Below, piece after piece: positions 32,020 through 42,061 of a stretch of DNA of 64,000 nt. The notes under the pieces are model-generated. The model was given only the letters and a program-made list of their open reading frames with translations, ran no database searches and was not told the origin of the DNA. The position numbers and the translations under genes were made by a program. Each line of letters opens with the position of its first letter. Position 1 is the stretch's first letter. Source of the DNA: an uncultured Acidobacteriota bacterium (GTDB lineage Bacteria > Acidobacteriota > Vicinamibacteria > Vicinamibacterales > UBA2999); assembly GCA_963707795.1 (NCBI GenBank), contig OY970174.1:2906206-2970205 (forward strand), written 5' to 3'.

Positions 32020-33402
32020 TCAAATGTCCCACACGCGTCCGCCGTCGAAGAACGTGATCATCCCGTCTTCGCTGACCTTCAGCACCGGACCGTGACGGCT
32101 GGCGGCCATGGCCGCCGTCGTGCGCGCCCCTTCGCTGAGGCCGGTTTCGAGCGCCCCGGGCGGATGGCGGAGGATGGCGCCAACCGCCAGCAGCTCGCCG
32201 CCGGGCTCGGTGACGATGGCGCCGTCGAGCGTCGCCAGCGACTCGAGCACGCTGGCGTCGAGCGCGGTCACCGTGCGGCCGGCGAGCACGTGCAGCAGGT
32301 GACGCCGCGACGGCGTGTCGGGATCCGACGCCTGGCCGAGCAGCTCCATGTCGAGCCGGTCCTGATCGCCGATGAGTTGCGACAGCGACTCGATCGGCCG
32401 GCGCAGGACGACGAACAGCGCGCCTTCGCGCTTGTCGGCGAGGTCGAGGGCGGTCTGGAACAGGCGCCGGGCCAGTGCCGGACGGCCGACCGCGGCCGCC
32501 CACATCACGTACTTCGCCTGCAGGTCGAACAGGTGCCAGTCGGCGTTGCGGAACGAGAACACCTCGGCGCCCTCGGCGAACACCTTGATCTCGCGGCTCG
32601 GGCTGAGGACGATGCACACGTGCCGGCCCAGCCGCGTGGCTTCGGCGTGCGGGGCGTACGCCTGGGCGCACGGCACTTCCACCTCGCTCGGCTGCCCGAT
32701 CGAGGCCCAGCCCCAGCGCCCGATGTCGACGATGTCGAGGAGGCGGCCGTCGCGCGCCACCAGGAACACGGTGCGCACGCCGTCGGCGAGACGGAAGAAG
32801 CTCTTGATCGACGTGAGGGCGCCCGTGTAGTGCGGCGAATCGCGCTCGGCGGCCGGGTAGGCGCCGACCGGATCGGCGTCGCCTTCGAGCAGCAGCACGC
32901 CGGTCGAGATCGGCTTGTTCTCGTAGCTGGACAGCGCGGCGATGCGCATCATCTCCAGCACTTCGGCGACGCGCTCCGAGCGGCCGCCGTCCGCACGCGG
33001 CGAGTACGGCGTCCCGTCGAAGAACGCCCCGACGTAGCGGTCCTCGATGGCGCCGCGAAACAGCCCCGACCGCTCGACCATCAGCTGCGGGTTCAGAATC
33101 GCGCGGTAGCGGGACTCCAGGACGCTGCCGATCGCGCGCGCGAAGCGCACCTCGTGCCGGGTGAACGGCCGCCGCTCGGGCACGCGCAGGACGTAGCGGT
33201 TGCCGAACCAGCGGACGGCCAGCACGCTGGGGTCATCGGTCGGATCGATCGACAGCCGGCCGTCCGACGACGGCGACGGCAGCGGGTTGGTCTCCAGCGT
33301 CGCGCGCTCGAAGAACCGGCTCAGCGCGCGCTGCAGGAACGAGTCGTAATGAGCGCCGACGATGAAGGCCGGCGGGATATTCGTGGCCAAGGGTGGGATC
33401 AT
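32020..33402 (-). CDS. Diadenylate-cyclase (DisA_N/DAC) fold protein with N-terminal putative sensor domains
   Basis: EGALFVV, LATLDGAIV, GARTTAAMAAS, VLKVSEDG.IT.F. Upstream SYENKPISTG..FFRLADG region. Start ATG 33402 or TTG 33390. Confidence 0.78.
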   Translation of the reverse strand: MIPPLATNIPPAFIVGAHYDSFLQRALSRFFERATLETNPLPSPSSDGRLSIDPTDDPSVLAVRWFGNRYVLRVPERRPFTRHEVRFARAIGSVLESRYRAILNPQLMVERSGLFRGAIEDRYVGAFFDGTPYSPRADGGRSERVAEVLEMMRIAALSSYENKPISTGVLLLEGDADPVGAYPAAERDSPHYTGALTSIKSFFRLADGVRTVFLVARDGRLLDIVDIGRWGWASIGQPSEVEVPCAQAYAPHAEATRLGRHVCIVLSPSREIKVFAEGAEVFSFRNADWHLFDLQAKYVMWAAAVGRPALARRLFQTALDLADKREGALFVVLRRPIESLSQLIGDQDRLDMELLGQASDPDTPSRRHLLHVLAGRTVTALDASVLESLATLDGAIVTEPGGELLAVGAILRHPPGALETGLSEGARTTAAMAASRHGPVLKVSEDGMITFFDGGRVWDI

Positions 33403-33452
33403 AATCCGAGTGCGGGCGCGGGTGCGGGGCTGCGGGCTGGAGGTGGTGGTGA

Positions 33453-35984
33453 ATGGCGCGTGAGACGCTGATCGACCTGTTCCGGGATCTGGGCGGCCAT
33501 CGCGGCGACTGTCTCGTCTACGACGATGGCTACCGGGTCCGCCGGCACTCCTACGCAGCGGTCACACGCGCGGCGCGGGGATTCGCGGCGCGCCTGGCCG
33601 CCGCCGGCATCGGCAAGGGCGACCACGTCGTGTTCTGGGGCGAGAACCGGCCGGAATGGATCGCCTGCTACTGGGGCGCCATCATCGCCGGCGTCGTCGT
33701 CGTCCCCATCGACTATCGCGCCTCCGCCGAATTCCTCACCACCGTGTCCGGCATCGTCGAGGCGCGCGCGGTGATCGTCGGTGACGACGTGCGGATGCCG
33801 GACGCCGTTGCCGACCAGGCGCTCGGAGTCCCGGCGCAGGCGGTCTGGCGATTCGACGATCTCGACTGGGACGGGGACGGCCCGATGCCGGACGCTGGCG
33901 TCACCCGCGACGACATCGCGCAGATCGTGTTCACCTCGGGCGCCACCGCCGAACCCAAGGGCGTCGTCATCCGCCACCGCAACGTGCTCGCCAACGTCGT
34001 GCCGGTGGAACGCGAAGTCCTGAAGTACAAGAAGTACGCCAAGCCGTTTCTCCCGCTGCGGTTCCTCAACCTGCTGCCGCTGAGCCACCTGTTCGGCCAG
34101 TCGATGGCCGCCAACATCCCGCCGATGGTGGACGGCACGGTGGTGTTCATGCGCAGCTTCAACCCGCACGACATCGTGCGGATGGTGAAGCGGTGGCGGA
34201 TCTCGGTGATCGTGTGCGTGCCGAAGATTCTCGACGTGCTCCGCGACCACGCGCTCCGCCTCGACCCCGCCGCCGCCGACCCGCCGGCCCGTCGGCTCGG
34301 CATCCCGCAGCGATGGTGGCGATATCGCCGCCTGCACCGGGCGTTCGGCCTCAAGTTCTGGGCCTTCGTGGTCGGGGCGGCGCCGCTGCCGCCCGACCTC
34401 GAGGATTTCTGGAAGCGCCTCGGCTTCGTCGTCATCCAGGGATACGGCCTGACCGAGACGGCGCCGATCGTCACGCTCAATCACCCGTTCAAGACGACCA
34501 GCGGCTCGGTCGGGACGCCGATTGCCGGCGTCGAGGTGCGCATCGCCCCCGACGGAGAAATCCTCGTCCGCGGCGAGAACGTGACCTCCGGCTACTACCA
34601 GGCGAAGGGCCCGGCGGCGACCCCCGCCGTGGCGCCCGACCGCCCGCTCGACGCGGACGGCTGGCTGCACACCGGCGACATCGGCGCCCAGGACGCCGAG
34701 GGGCGCATCTTCATCAAGGGCCGCAAGAAGGAAATGATCGTCACCGCCGACGGGCTCAACGTTTTTCCCGACGACGTCGAGCGCGTGCTCGACGCGCAGC
34801 CGGGCGTCCGCGAGTCGGCGGTCGTCGGCAGCCGGGCCGACGGCGAGGAGCGCGTCCACGCCGTGCTCGTCCTGGATCCGGCCGCCGACGCCGAGGCGGT
34901 GGTCCGATCCGCCAACAGGAACCTGCACGATCATCAGCGCATTCGCAGCGTGTCTGTCTGGACGAGCGGCGAGCTGCCGCGCACCGAGGGCACGAGGAAG
35001 CTCAAGCGCCAGGCCATCCGCGACTGGGTGGCGCGCGGCGCGCGCCCGGTCGCGACCGCCGCCGGCGACGACCCGCTGACGGCACTCCTCGCCCGGTTCG
35101 CCGGCGGCCGCGCCCTCGGCGACGACACCGCCCTCGACGACCTCGGCCTCAGCTCGCTCGAGCGCGTCGAGTTGCTGGTGGCCATCGAGGATCGGCTGCA
35201 GACGCGGGTGGACGAATCGCGTTTTGCCGCGGCGCGGACCCTCAGCGACGTCAAGGCGCTGCTCGCCAGCCCGGCGCCCGACGCGGAGGCGATCGAGCCG
35301 GTGGACTTCCCGAGCTGGAACCGGCACCCGATCGTCGGCGTGGTCCGGCGGCTCAGCCTCGCCCTGTGGATCCTGCCGCTCGCCCGCGTCTTCGCCTGGC
35401 TGCAGGTGGAGGGGCGCAGCCATTTGCACGGACTGCGCGGGCCGGTGGTCTTCGCCGCCAACCATCAGAGCCACTTCGACGTGCCGGTGATTCTCGCCGC
35501 GATGCCCGGCGACGTGCGCGCGCGCCTGGCGCCGGCGATGCTGAAGGAGTTCTTCCGCGCCCACTTCTTCCCCGAGGGCCAGCCGTGGCGGCAGATCCTC
35601 GCCAAGCGCGTGAACTACTATCTGGCCGCGTTCTTCTTCAATGCCTTCCCGCTGCCGCAGCGCGAGGCCGGGGCGCGGCAGACGCTGCGCTACATCGGCG
35701 ACATCACGGGCGCGGGCTTTTCGGTCCTGCTGTTCCCGGAGGGGGTCCGATCGGAGACCGGCGAGATGACGTCGTTTCGCGGCGGCATCGGGATGATCGC
35801 GTCGCGGCTCGGGCTGCCGGTCGTGCCGGTGCGCATTCGCGGCGTGCACCAGATCCTGCACGTCACGTCCCGCTTCCCGACGCCGGGTCGCGTCCAGGTC
35901 AGCTTCGGCGCGCCGCTCCACTTGAAGGGCGACGACTATGCGGCGCTGGCCCGGCAGGTCGAGGACGCCGTGCGCGCCCTCTGA
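33453..35984 (+). CDS. Acyl-AMP ligase - acyl carrier - acyltransferase fusion (Aas-like, reversed order)
   Basis: FTSGATAEPKG, QGYGLTE, WLHTGD; ACP LGLSSLERVEL; PlsC NHQSHFD and FPEG.RS. Confidence 0.9.
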   Translation: MARETLIDLFRDLGGHRGDCLVYDDGYRVRRHSYAAVTRAARGFAARLAAAGIGKGDHVVFWGENRPEWIACYWGAIIAGVVVVPIDYRASAEFLTTVSGIVEARAVIVGDDVRMPDAVADQALGVPAQAVWRFDDLDWDGDGPMPDAGVTRDDIAQIVFTSGATAEPKGVVIRHRNVLANVVPVEREVLKYKKYAKPFLPLRFLNLLPLSHLFGQSMAANIPPMVDGTVVFMRSFNPHDIVRMVKRWRISVIVCVPKILDVLRDHALRLDPAAADPPARRLGIPQRWWRYRRLHRAFGLKFWAFVVGAAPLPPDLEDFWKRLGFVVIQGYGLTETAPIVTLNHPFKTTSGSVGTPIAGVEVRIAPDGEILVRGENVTSGYYQAKGPAATPAVAPDRPLDADGWLHTGDIGAQDAEGRIFIKGRKKEMIVTADGLNVFPDDVERVLDAQPGVRESAVVGSRADGEERVHAVLVLDPAADAEAVVRSANRNLHDHQRIRSVSVWTSGELPRTEGTRKLKRQAIRDWVARGARPVATAAGDDPLTALLARFAGGRALGDDTALDDLGLSSLERVELLVAIEDRLQTRVDESRFAAARTLSDVKALLASPAPDAEAIEPVDFPSWNRHPIVGVVRRLSLALWILPLARVFAWLQVEGRSHLHGLRGPVVFAANHQSHFDVPVILAAMPGDVRARLAPAMLKEFFRAHFFPEGQPWRQILAKRVNYYLAAFFFNAFPLPQREAGARQTLRYIGDITGAGFSVLLFPEGVRSETGEMTSFRGGIGMIASRLGLPVVPVRIRGVHQILHVTSRFPTPGRVQVSFGAPLHLKGDDYAALARQVEDAVRAL

Positions 35985-36086
35985 CCCCCCTCGCCGGTCG
36001 CCGACCCCCGCGCCGGGTCGCTCGATCGGCCAATTTCCGCCGCCGCAGCCGCACGGACATATGTGGCATAATGGTTGCTTCACTGA

Positions 36087-36305
36087 ATGAGCAAAGACGA
36101 TCTCATAGACATGCAAGGCACGGTTGTCGCCGTGCACAGCGGTGGCCTCTACCGCGTGCAGGTGGACGCCGGCCATGAAGTATTGGCGCAGTTGAGCGGC
36201 CGGATGCGGCGGTTTCGCATCAAGGTCGTGCCCGGCGACCGGGTCACGGTCGGCATTTCCCCCTACGATCCACAGCGCGGAATCATCACGTTCCGCGCCA
36301 GGTAA
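36087..36305 (+). CDS. infA: Translation initiation factor IF-1
   Basis: MSKDDLIDMQG...SGRMRRFRIKVVPGDRVTVGISPYD..RG.ITFR. Confidence 0.96.
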   Translation: MSKDDLIDMQGTVVAVHSGGLYRVQVDAGHEVLAQLSGRMRRFRIKVVPGDRVTVGISPYDPQRGIITFRAR

Positions 36306-36312
36306 CTGACAG

Positions 36313-37603
36313 GTGAGTTCACCAGCTACTAGCTCTGCCCGTTCGTCGCGGCGGGGCCGACCGGGGTCCCGTCCGGGAGGCCCGCGCTCGCGCCGCCCGC
36401 GGTCACACACGCCGCACGCGATCGAGACCAACGTCCTGGCGCCCGACATTCCGTGGGAGCCCATTGACGCCGACGCGCCGCCGATCCCGTTCTCGACGCT
36501 GTCGCTGCACCCGCAACTGATGCAGGGCCTGCGCGATCTCGGATACGAGGGCACGCGGCCGGTCCAGGGCGCCGTCATCCCGCGCGCGCTCGACGGCGGC
36601 GACGTCGTCGCCTGCGCGGAGACCGGCACCGGCAAGACCCTCGCCTTCGCGCTGCCGATCCTGCAGCAGCTGCTCAGCGAGCAGCCGCCGTTCGGCGACC
36701 CGGCGCGCGAGCCGTACACGCGCGCGCTGATCCTCGCGCCGACGCGCGAGCTGGTCGTGCAGATCGAGGACGCGTTCGTCGGCCTCACCTATCATTCGCC
36801 GGTTTCGACCGTGCCGGTGTTCGGCGGCATGCCGATGGATCCGCAGGAGCGCGGCCTCAAGGCCGGCGCCGACATCGTCGTCGCCACCCCGGGACGGCTG
36901 ATGGACCACATGCGCCACGGGGCCACCGACTTCGTCCGCCTGCAGGTGCTGGTCCTCGACGAGGCCGACCGCATGATGGACATGGGCTTCTGGCCCGACG
37001 TCCAGCGCATCGTCAGCGCGCTCCCGCCGGAGCGCCAGACGCTGCTGTTCTCGGCGACGATGCCGGGGGAAATCCTGAAACTGGCGCGCGAAGTCCTGCG
37101 CATGCCGCGCTACCTGCAGGTCGGCGCCAATCGCGGCGCCGCGCGGACCATCCGCCACTCGATCGAAGCAGCTCGGCCGCGGCGAGAAGCTGGACTGGCT
37201 CGCGCATTTCGCCCGCCGCGTCGCCGCCGGCCCGGTGCTGGTGTTCGTGCGCACCAAGATCGGGGCCGACCGCGTCGCGCGGCAGTTGCAGGCCAAGCAC
37301 ATCCGCGCCGCCGCGCTGCATGCCGACCGGACGCAGCAGGAACGCCTGCAGGCCGTCGAGGGGTTCCGCTCGGGCAAGCACCCGGTGCTGGTGGCCACCG
37401 ACATCGCCGCACGCGGGCTCGACATCGAGGGCATCGCGCACGTCGTCAACTTCGAGGTGCCGGACACGCCGGAGGCCTACGTGCATCGTGTCGGACGCAC
37501 GGGCCGGGCGGGCGCCGAGGGGCATGCCATCACGCTGGTGGCCCCGGATGAGCAACGCGCCTGGCACGCGCTCGAGGCCCGTATTGGACTCCAGCTTCAA
37601 TAA
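36313..37603 (+). CDS. DEAD-box RNA helicase (RhlE-like), frameshift at ~37168
   Basis: AETGTGKT, PTREL, TPGRL, DEAD, SAT, ARGLD, HRVGRTGR. Confidence 0.92.
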
Positions 37604-37868
37604 CGGCCCGCCGCCGCCGCCCGAGGGCGATGGCGGCGCGGTCGTACCGTCGCCGGCGACGGAGCGGTTCCTGTCCTGCCGGTGGCGCAAGCCCGCCGAA
37701 AACGGCGCTCCCGACCACTGCACGCATCGCGACGTGCTTCCGATGGCGGGCATCGCCGGCTTCGTCCCCGACTCGTGGTGCCCCGACTGCGCCTTCTACA
37801 AGGCCAAGCGGACGCCGCGCAAACGGCCGGAGGAGACCCCGGCCGACGAGTCGTGGCGCCGCTGGTAA
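37584..37868 (+). CDS. Small Cys/His-rich hypothetical protein
   Basis: TTG start after GAGG overlapping the helicase end; SCRW..DHCTH..WCPDC; GC3-biased codons. Confidence 0.55.
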   Translation: MDSSFNNGPPPPPEGDGGAVVPSPATERFLSCRWRKPAENGAPDHCTHRDVLPMAGIAGFVPDSWCPDCAFYKAKRTPRKRPEETPADESWRRW

Positions 37869-37920
37869 AGGCGCCGTCCCGGGCTCGAGTTCGTCCCGCG
37901 TGCGCGCGGCGCCACGCCTG

Positions 37921-39051
37921 TCACGAGCCCAAGCGCTGCATGGCCTGCGCCGCGAGCTTCAGCGCGCCGCCCCGATCCGCCGCTGCGGTCAGGTAGTCGA
38001 CGCGCAGGTAGCGGTCGCCTTTCAGGAACATCAGCGCCCCGGTCATCCCGTCCACGCGGCCTTTGTCCCACGGCCCCTCGATCGCCGCTTTCTCGAGCGG
38101 AGCGACCGCACCGACGAGCGCACCAATCCCGCCGCCGATGTTGAAGGTCGACGCGCCATCGCTCCATTCCGGCGTGATGATGAACGCGCGGTGGCCGGGC
38201 GTGAAGTACGCGCACGCCTTGCCCTTGTCGTACGCAAACGGCGTGTCCTCGACCGCCCGGTAGGGATCGACCACGAGGGGCCCGAGCACCGCTTCGGCTT
38301 CGGCGCGCGTCAGCAGGCTGCACGGATTGCGATCGCCGCCACCCAGCGACAGGACCTGGTAGGTGTTCTCCGCGGCAAACGGCAGGTCGGGTATGCGGTC
38401 GCGCACGTGAGCAGCCAGTTCGATTTGTCGCTCCCTGGTAATCTCAGGCGGCGAAAACACCGAGATCGAGACGTGGCCGACACGTCCGATCCAGGTATAC
38501 GGCATGCCGCTGGCCGAGTCCCAGCCCGGCGGCGGAGCGGCCTTTTTCGCAGCCGCGGACGAGGGCTGGCCCAACTCCCTGGCGAACATCTTCCCGACGG
38601 CCGCCGTGGCCAGGTCGCCGACGATACTGCCGCCTTTCGGGTCGACGGTGACCCTGACCAGCGAATCGAAGTCGCGATCCTCGCCGTCGCGGCCCTTGAT
38701 GCCGTCGATCTCCCGCATCTTGCGGCGGAGTTCGATCATTCTGGTGAACGCCGCGCTCTTCTCGGCCAACGGGTAGGTGCACTCATTGCCCGCCGCGCGA
38801 GGCTGGCCCTCGAGCGTGCCAATGATCCGTTCGACCTCCGCGACGGGAATCCACCCGCAGGCGTCATCGGGTTTGCTCGCGGTCTTCACGGCCGCGGGTG
38901 GCGGGTCGGCCGTGGGTGGCGGGTCGCCCGCGGGTGCCGCCGCTCCTCCGGCGCTGGCCCGGTCCCCGCCCGGGGATCCACACGCGGCGATGGCGATCAG
39001 GACGGCAACGACGGCGAGTCGCGGCGCAAGACGGGAAAGGGATCGCACCAT
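37921..39051 (-). CDS. Lipoprotein with two DUF3558-like repeats
   Basis: Lipobox IAAC, Pro/Ala linker, repeats DACGWIP.AEVERIIG..CTY and NPCSLLT.AEAEAVLG..CAY. Confidence 0.75.
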   Translation of the reverse strand: MVRSLSRLAPRLAVVAVLIAIAACGSPGGDRASAGGAAAPAGDPPPTADPPPAAVKTASKPDDACGWIPVAEVERIIGTLEGQPRAAGNECTYPLAEKSAAFTRMIELRRKMREIDGIKGRDGEDRDFDSLVRVTVDPKGGSIVGDLATAAVGKMFARELGQPSSAAAKKAAPPPGWDSASGMPYTWIGRVGHVSISVFSPPEITRERQIELAAHVRDRIPDLPFAAENTYQVLSLGGGDRNPCSLLTRAEAEAVLGPLVVDPYRAVEDTPFAYDKGKACAYFTPGHRAFIITPEWSDGASTFNIGGGIGALVGAVAPLEKAAIEGPWDKGRVDGMTGALMFLKGDRYLRVDYLTAAADRGGALKLAAQAMQRLGS

Positions 39052-39086
39052 CAGGACATCCTCGCGGTCCCCGACCTGCGGCACAA

Positions 39087-39151
39087 CTACCCGCATGGGT
39101 AGGGTGTCCGCCGGGATCGTCGATCAATGGACCCTACCCGGCTGGGTAGTT
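39087..39151. promoter_or_regulatory. Pair of palindromic operator boxes in a divergent promoter
   Basis: CTACCC-GCAT-GGGTAG (39087-39102) and CTACCC-GGCT-GGGTAG-TT (39134-39151). Confidence 0.8.
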
Positions 39152-39185
39152 TCGATGCGCTGGTCGCAGCGGATACTGTCCGCCC

Positions 39186-40490
39186 GTGAGCGCGGCGATA
39201 CGGTCAGGGGCGTTGGCATTGATGTGGCTCCCCTGCCTCGCGTGCGGGCCCTCGTCACCGCCAGCAAAGACTCGGGTGCAGCCAGCTGCCGCGGCACGAC
39301 CATCGACGGAGAGCCCGCAACCGTCGAACGGCGCCGCCCCGGCGGACCCGTCGACGTCGGGCGGTGTGGCCGGGACCCTCGTGGACGCATTCAGCGCGGC
39401 CACGGGCTCCGGACCACAGGGTATCGAAGCCGACGGCGACTGTCCGATTCTCTACCCTCCACCCGACGACGAGATCGCCGAGCAGGCGGACGCCATCGTG
39501 CCGTTGAAGGTCGGCATGACACTGTCGCACCTGTGGCGCACGATCGACTCACCGGATGACATCGAATGCCTCTCACACGTCGACCGTGTCAGCGCCGAGT
39601 CGGTGCGCGTGTCGAACACCTGCCTGACGGGCAAGGGCGACACCAGCTTTCCTCGAAGTACGTGCCGATCTGACATGCGGAAAGCCCGCGTGTACCAAAC
39701 GATGGTGGGCAGTGCCTCCCCCGAAACGATCCTTGGTGCCACCAGCTATAGCCTCTCGCGCGACGCATTCGTCGAGCTGAAGCGTGACGGAACAACCCGG
39801 CATCAGTACATCGAGTTGAAGTCCAAGGATGGCGGCCCCTTGGCCCGTCGGAGCTTCTTCCAGGTCACGCTCGAAGGGACGCTCACTCTCGAGGGTCGCG
39901 GGGCGATGACGGCGATCGTCAACGAAGCGCCGACGGACCTGCCGGTCCTGAAACTGGCGGGCACGCTGCGGGGCACGGCCCACGACCAGCCGCGCGAGAC
40001 ACGCGTCAGCGCTGCGGTGATCGACGACGAACGCTTCCCGTTGATGTTGGAATATCGGCTGCTCGATCTCGGCGCGCACGAGTTCTCGGTGCGCTACACG
40101 AAGATCTCCTACCCGACGGAGGGCACGATCGAGAAGCGCCTGGCGGAAGCCAGGCGGGTCGACGTGTACGGCATTTACTTCGACTTTGCCAGCGATCGCA
40201 TTCGCACGGAGTCGGAACCGGTGCTGAGCGAGATTGCTGACGCGTTGAAAAAGAACCCGGACTGGACCGTGAGCATTGCCGGACACACCGATAACGTCGG
40301 CAGTGAGGCGGCGAATCTCGACCTCTCGCAGCGCCGCAGCGCCGCGGTTCGGAGGGCGCTCGTCGAGCATCATGGCATCGCCGCCGACCGGCTGGGCACG
40401 ACGGGACACGGCGAAGGCGCGCCCAAGGATACCAACGAGACGCCGGAAGGCCGTGCACGCAATCGCCGGGTGGAATTGGTGCGCCGATGA
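39186..40490 (+). CDS. OmpA-C (peptidoglycan-binding) domain lipoprotein with unknown N-domain
   Basis: Lipobox CLAC; YGIYFDFAS, IAGHTDNVG, LSQRRSAAV, GRARNRRVEL. Confidence 0.88.
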   Translation: MSAAIRSGALALMWLPCLACGPSSPPAKTRVQPAAAARPSTESPQPSNGAAPADPSTSGGVAGTLVDAFSAATGSGPQGIEADGDCPILYPPPDDEIAEQADAIVPLKVGMTLSHLWRTIDSPDDIECLSHVDRVSAESVRVSNTCLTGKGDTSFPRSTCRSDMRKARVYQTMVGSASPETILGATSYSLSRDAFVELKRDGTTRHQYIELKSKDGGPLARRSFFQVTLEGTLTLEGRGAMTAIVNEAPTDLPVLKLAGTLRGTAHDQPRETRVSAAVIDDERFPLMLEYRLLDLGAHEFSVRYTKISYPTEGTIEKRLAEARRVDVYGIYFDFASDRIRTESEPVLSEIADALKKNPDWTVSIAGHTDNVGSEAANLDLSQRRSAAVRRALVEHHGIAADRLGTTGHGEGAPKDTNETPEGRARNRRVELVRR

Positions 40491-40569
40491 CCCTGGTTTC
40501 GGACGCCTGACGGGCCCCGCTCATTAACCTCCAGCGCAACCGTCGCGACTTTCCCCGCAAAACCTCCAC

Positions 40570-40587
40570 CTACTCACTCGGGTAGTT
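40570..40587 (+). promoter_or_regulatory. Operator box copy
   Basis: CTACTC-ACTC-GGGTAG-TT, followed by -10-like TAAGGT at 40610. Confidence 0.72.
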
Positions 40588-40679
40588 TCGGGCCCGATGG
40601 ACCGACTGGTAAGGTTGGACCGGTTCCCCATCGACTCGGCCGCGTGGTCCATCGAGCGAAGCAGAACCGGGTGAGAGCC

Positions 40680-41354
40680 ATGATTCCTCCGCCAATCCGA
40701 CGTGTCGTCACGTGCGTGCCTGCGGCCGCTACCGCCACATTCGTCCTCGCCGCGATGGCATCGGTCGCCGCCGTGGGGCACAACTCCCAGACGGCAGGGC
40801 CGCAGCCGGCGAGTGCCGCTTGCATTGCGATCGTTCTGCCCAGCGCGCAAGGCGTAGACGGAAGCGCCACCGATTTCGGCACGTCGCTGCGGGAGCTGTT
40901 CATGAGTTATCTGACCGGGCCGTCGTTGCGAGCAATTGCCCTGGACGCCCGGCTCGCGTCGCAGGCGATGGAGGAAGCGCGGCAGAAGGAGTGCGGCTAC
41001 ATCCTGACGACAACGGTCACCCGCAAGCGCGACGATGGCGGCGGCCTCGGGCGGGTGTTGGGGCAGGCGGCAGGAACGGCGGCCTGGCATGTGGTGCCAT
41101 ACGGCGCTGGTGCCGGCGCTGCCGCGGCTCGCGGCGCCGCGATTGCCGGCGGGCAGGCCGTCTCGACCATGGCGGCGACGACGCGTGCCAGGGATGAGGT
41201 ACGGCTCGACTATCGCTTCGGACCGCTGGACACGGCCGCGCGCTCGACCCCCCGGAGCGAGAAGCGGAAGGCGAGGAGCGATGGGGAGGACCTGCTGACG
41301 CCGCTCGTCGAGCGCGCGGCGGAGGCGATCGCCGCGAGCGTGGCCAAGAAGTAG
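40680..41354 (+). CDS. Hypothetical exported protein
   Basis: Hydrophobic N-terminus, two Cys in the mature part, Gly/Ala glycine-zipper-like segment; preceded by an operator box. Confidence 0.7.
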   Translation: MIPPPIRRVVTCVPAAATATFVLAAMASVAAVGHNSQTAGPQPASAACIAIVLPSAQGVDGSATDFGTSLRELFMSYLTGPSLRAIALDARLASQAMEEARQKECGYILTTTVTRKRDDGGGLGRVLGQAAGTAAWHVVPYGAGAGAAAARGAAIAGGQAVSTMAATTRARDEVRLDYRFGPLDTAARSTPRSEKRKARSDGEDLLTPLVERAAEAIAASVAKK

Positions 41355-41360
41355 TCCTGC

Positions 41361-42002
41361 CTAGATCAACCGTTCCCGCAACGCCTTGGCGACCGCTTCG
41401 GTCTTCGAGTGGACCTGAAGCTTGCCGTAGATGTTCTTCAGGTGAAACGACACGGTGTTCACGCTGATCCGCATCACATCGGCGGCGGTCTTCTTGTGGT
41501 GGCCGTCGACGAGTAGGCGGAGCAGCTCGTTCTCCTGTGGCGTGAGATGGTAGGACGCGCGCGGCGGCGGCCGAAAGGTGCGAAACACCTTGACGACGCG
41601 CCGCGCGACTTCCGGAGACATCGGGGCGCCGCCGTTGGCCGCCTCTTTCAGCGACTCGAGCAGCCGCTCGGGCGGCGTGTTCTTCAGCAGGTACCCCGAG
41701 GCCCCCGCACATAGTGCGTCGAAGACGTGGTCATCGTTGTCGTGCACGGTCAACGCGACGATGGGAAGGGTGGCAAAGCGCTCGCGAATCTTCCGGATCC
41801 CGTCCAGACCCGACATGCCGGGCAGGCGGAGATCGGTGAGCAGCACATCGGGCTGGTCGCCCTCCAACCAGCCAATGGCCTCTTCCATCGTCCGGAAGCT
41901 CCGCTGACAGCGAAAGCCCTCGGTGTCGTCGATCAGCAACGCCAGCCCTTCGCGCACGTCGTGCTCGTCCTCGACGATGACAACGGACAGCCGATTCGTC
42001 AT
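41361..42002 (-). CDS. NarL/FixJ family response regulator (REC + LuxR HTH)
   Basis: IVEDE, PDVLLTDLRLPGMSG, GASGYLLK, LTPQE..LL, TVSFHLKNIYGKL. Confidence 0.95.
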   Translation of the reverse strand: MTNRLSVVIVEDEHDVREGLALLIDDTEGFRCQRSFRTMEEAIGWLEGDQPDVLLTDLRLPGMSGLDGIRKIRERFATLPIVALTVHDNDDHVFDALCAGASGYLLKNTPPERLLESLKEAANGGAPMSPEVARRVVKVFRTFRPPPRASYHLTPQENELLRLLVDGHHKKTAADVMRISVNTVSFHLKNIYGKLQVHSKTEAVAKALRERLI

Positions 42003-42061
42003 GACACGGGGTTCGGGAACAGCGCGAGAGTACGCCGGCATGGGTTGTCCTGTCACCTACC

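Noticed and set aside
33453-35984. A-domain/ACP fusion as an NRPS/PKS cluster
   Set aside because: There are no condensation or ketosynthase domains. The PlsC domain points to lipid acylation or recycling.
33399-36788. Long antisense ORFs (this one, 5047..8040, 49811..52636, 54879..57338 and others)
   Set aside because: These are shadow ORFs caused by high GC3 codon bias opposite well-supported genes, and they contain no recognisable motifs.
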